Assembly (NCBI GenBank): GCA_022450585.1
Contig: JAKUPR010000007.1
Span: forward strand, 1-58,524
Direction: 5' to 3'
DNA: 58,524 bases
From: Anaerolineales bacterium
GTDB taxonomy: Bacteria; Chloroflexota; Anaerolineae; Anaerolineales; UBA11657
Every line of letters begins with the position of its first letter. Positions within the stretch are counted from its first letter, which is position 1. The notes beneath the pieces were generated by a model. It searched no databases and was not told where the DNA came from. It saw only the letters and a program-made list of their open reading frames with translations. Below are positions 58,178 through 58,524 of the stretch, in pieces. The position numbers and the translations under genes are program-made.

Positions 58178-58524
58178 CTATCCGGCCTGTCAAAACAAAC
58201 AAGCGGACAGCAACGCGTGTCATTATCGATCTTGTACAATTGTGTCTACTGGTATTTATGCTAAGTCATTTGAGAGAACACACAAATATTAGTGGAAGTG
58301 CTAGGATATCCGGATGGTATGAAAATCGTCTTTATGGACAGTGCCGTCCTTTCGATTCCACTCCTTATACCTATAGAATGTGCCGTAAATGTGATTTTGC
58401 GGGTGAGCTTTCTAGCCTGGGAATGGAAGTATAGGAGGCCGGATTCTTTAGCGGCGCCTTACTTGATTTGTGGTGCTGTTGGTGGCAGAAGTGACCCACA
58501 GTTATTTGTCTATGCCAATTTCTT

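Overview
About 58.5 kb of bacterial chromosome with roughly 50 CDS and 2 tRNAs (Leu-CAG, Gln-CTG). The gene content (Pro/Thr-rich SH3/LysM lipoproteins, GH-O-antigen-ligase fusion, archaeal-type Asd, TrmI, TupABC) suggests Chloroflexota, probably Anaerolineae-like; this is inferred, not proven. Most genes are housekeeping: lysC-asd, trpS, dtd, mtaB, tilS, glnS, gltX, rplY, trmI, mtnA, tupABC and a split elongasome (mreB on +, mreC-mreD-mrdA-rodA on -) interleaved with glycosylation genes. An accessory-looking tail of small hypothetical genes starts near 52 kb. No CRISPR array, rRNA or intact mobile element was found. The ORF track misses or misreads several things: (1) a Thr/Ile/Met-rich leader peptide plus terminator (attenuator) upstream of lysC-asd; (2) a SelW/Rdx selenoprotein with an in-frame UGA (CxxU) and a SECIS-like hairpin; (3) a tyrosine-recombinase-fold protein lacking its catalytic Tyr/His residues but carrying a beta-clamp-binding QLSLF motif, followed by an apparently circularly permuted HAD protein; (4) a two-gene unknown operon behind a consensus sigma70 promoter, whose large protein appears to combine Tudor-like, RNAP-delta-like winged-helix and B3-like modules; (5) a glycoside hydrolase-O-antigen ligase fusion lacking the GH nucleophile. 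All domain assignments were made by eye and need HMM or structure confirmation.
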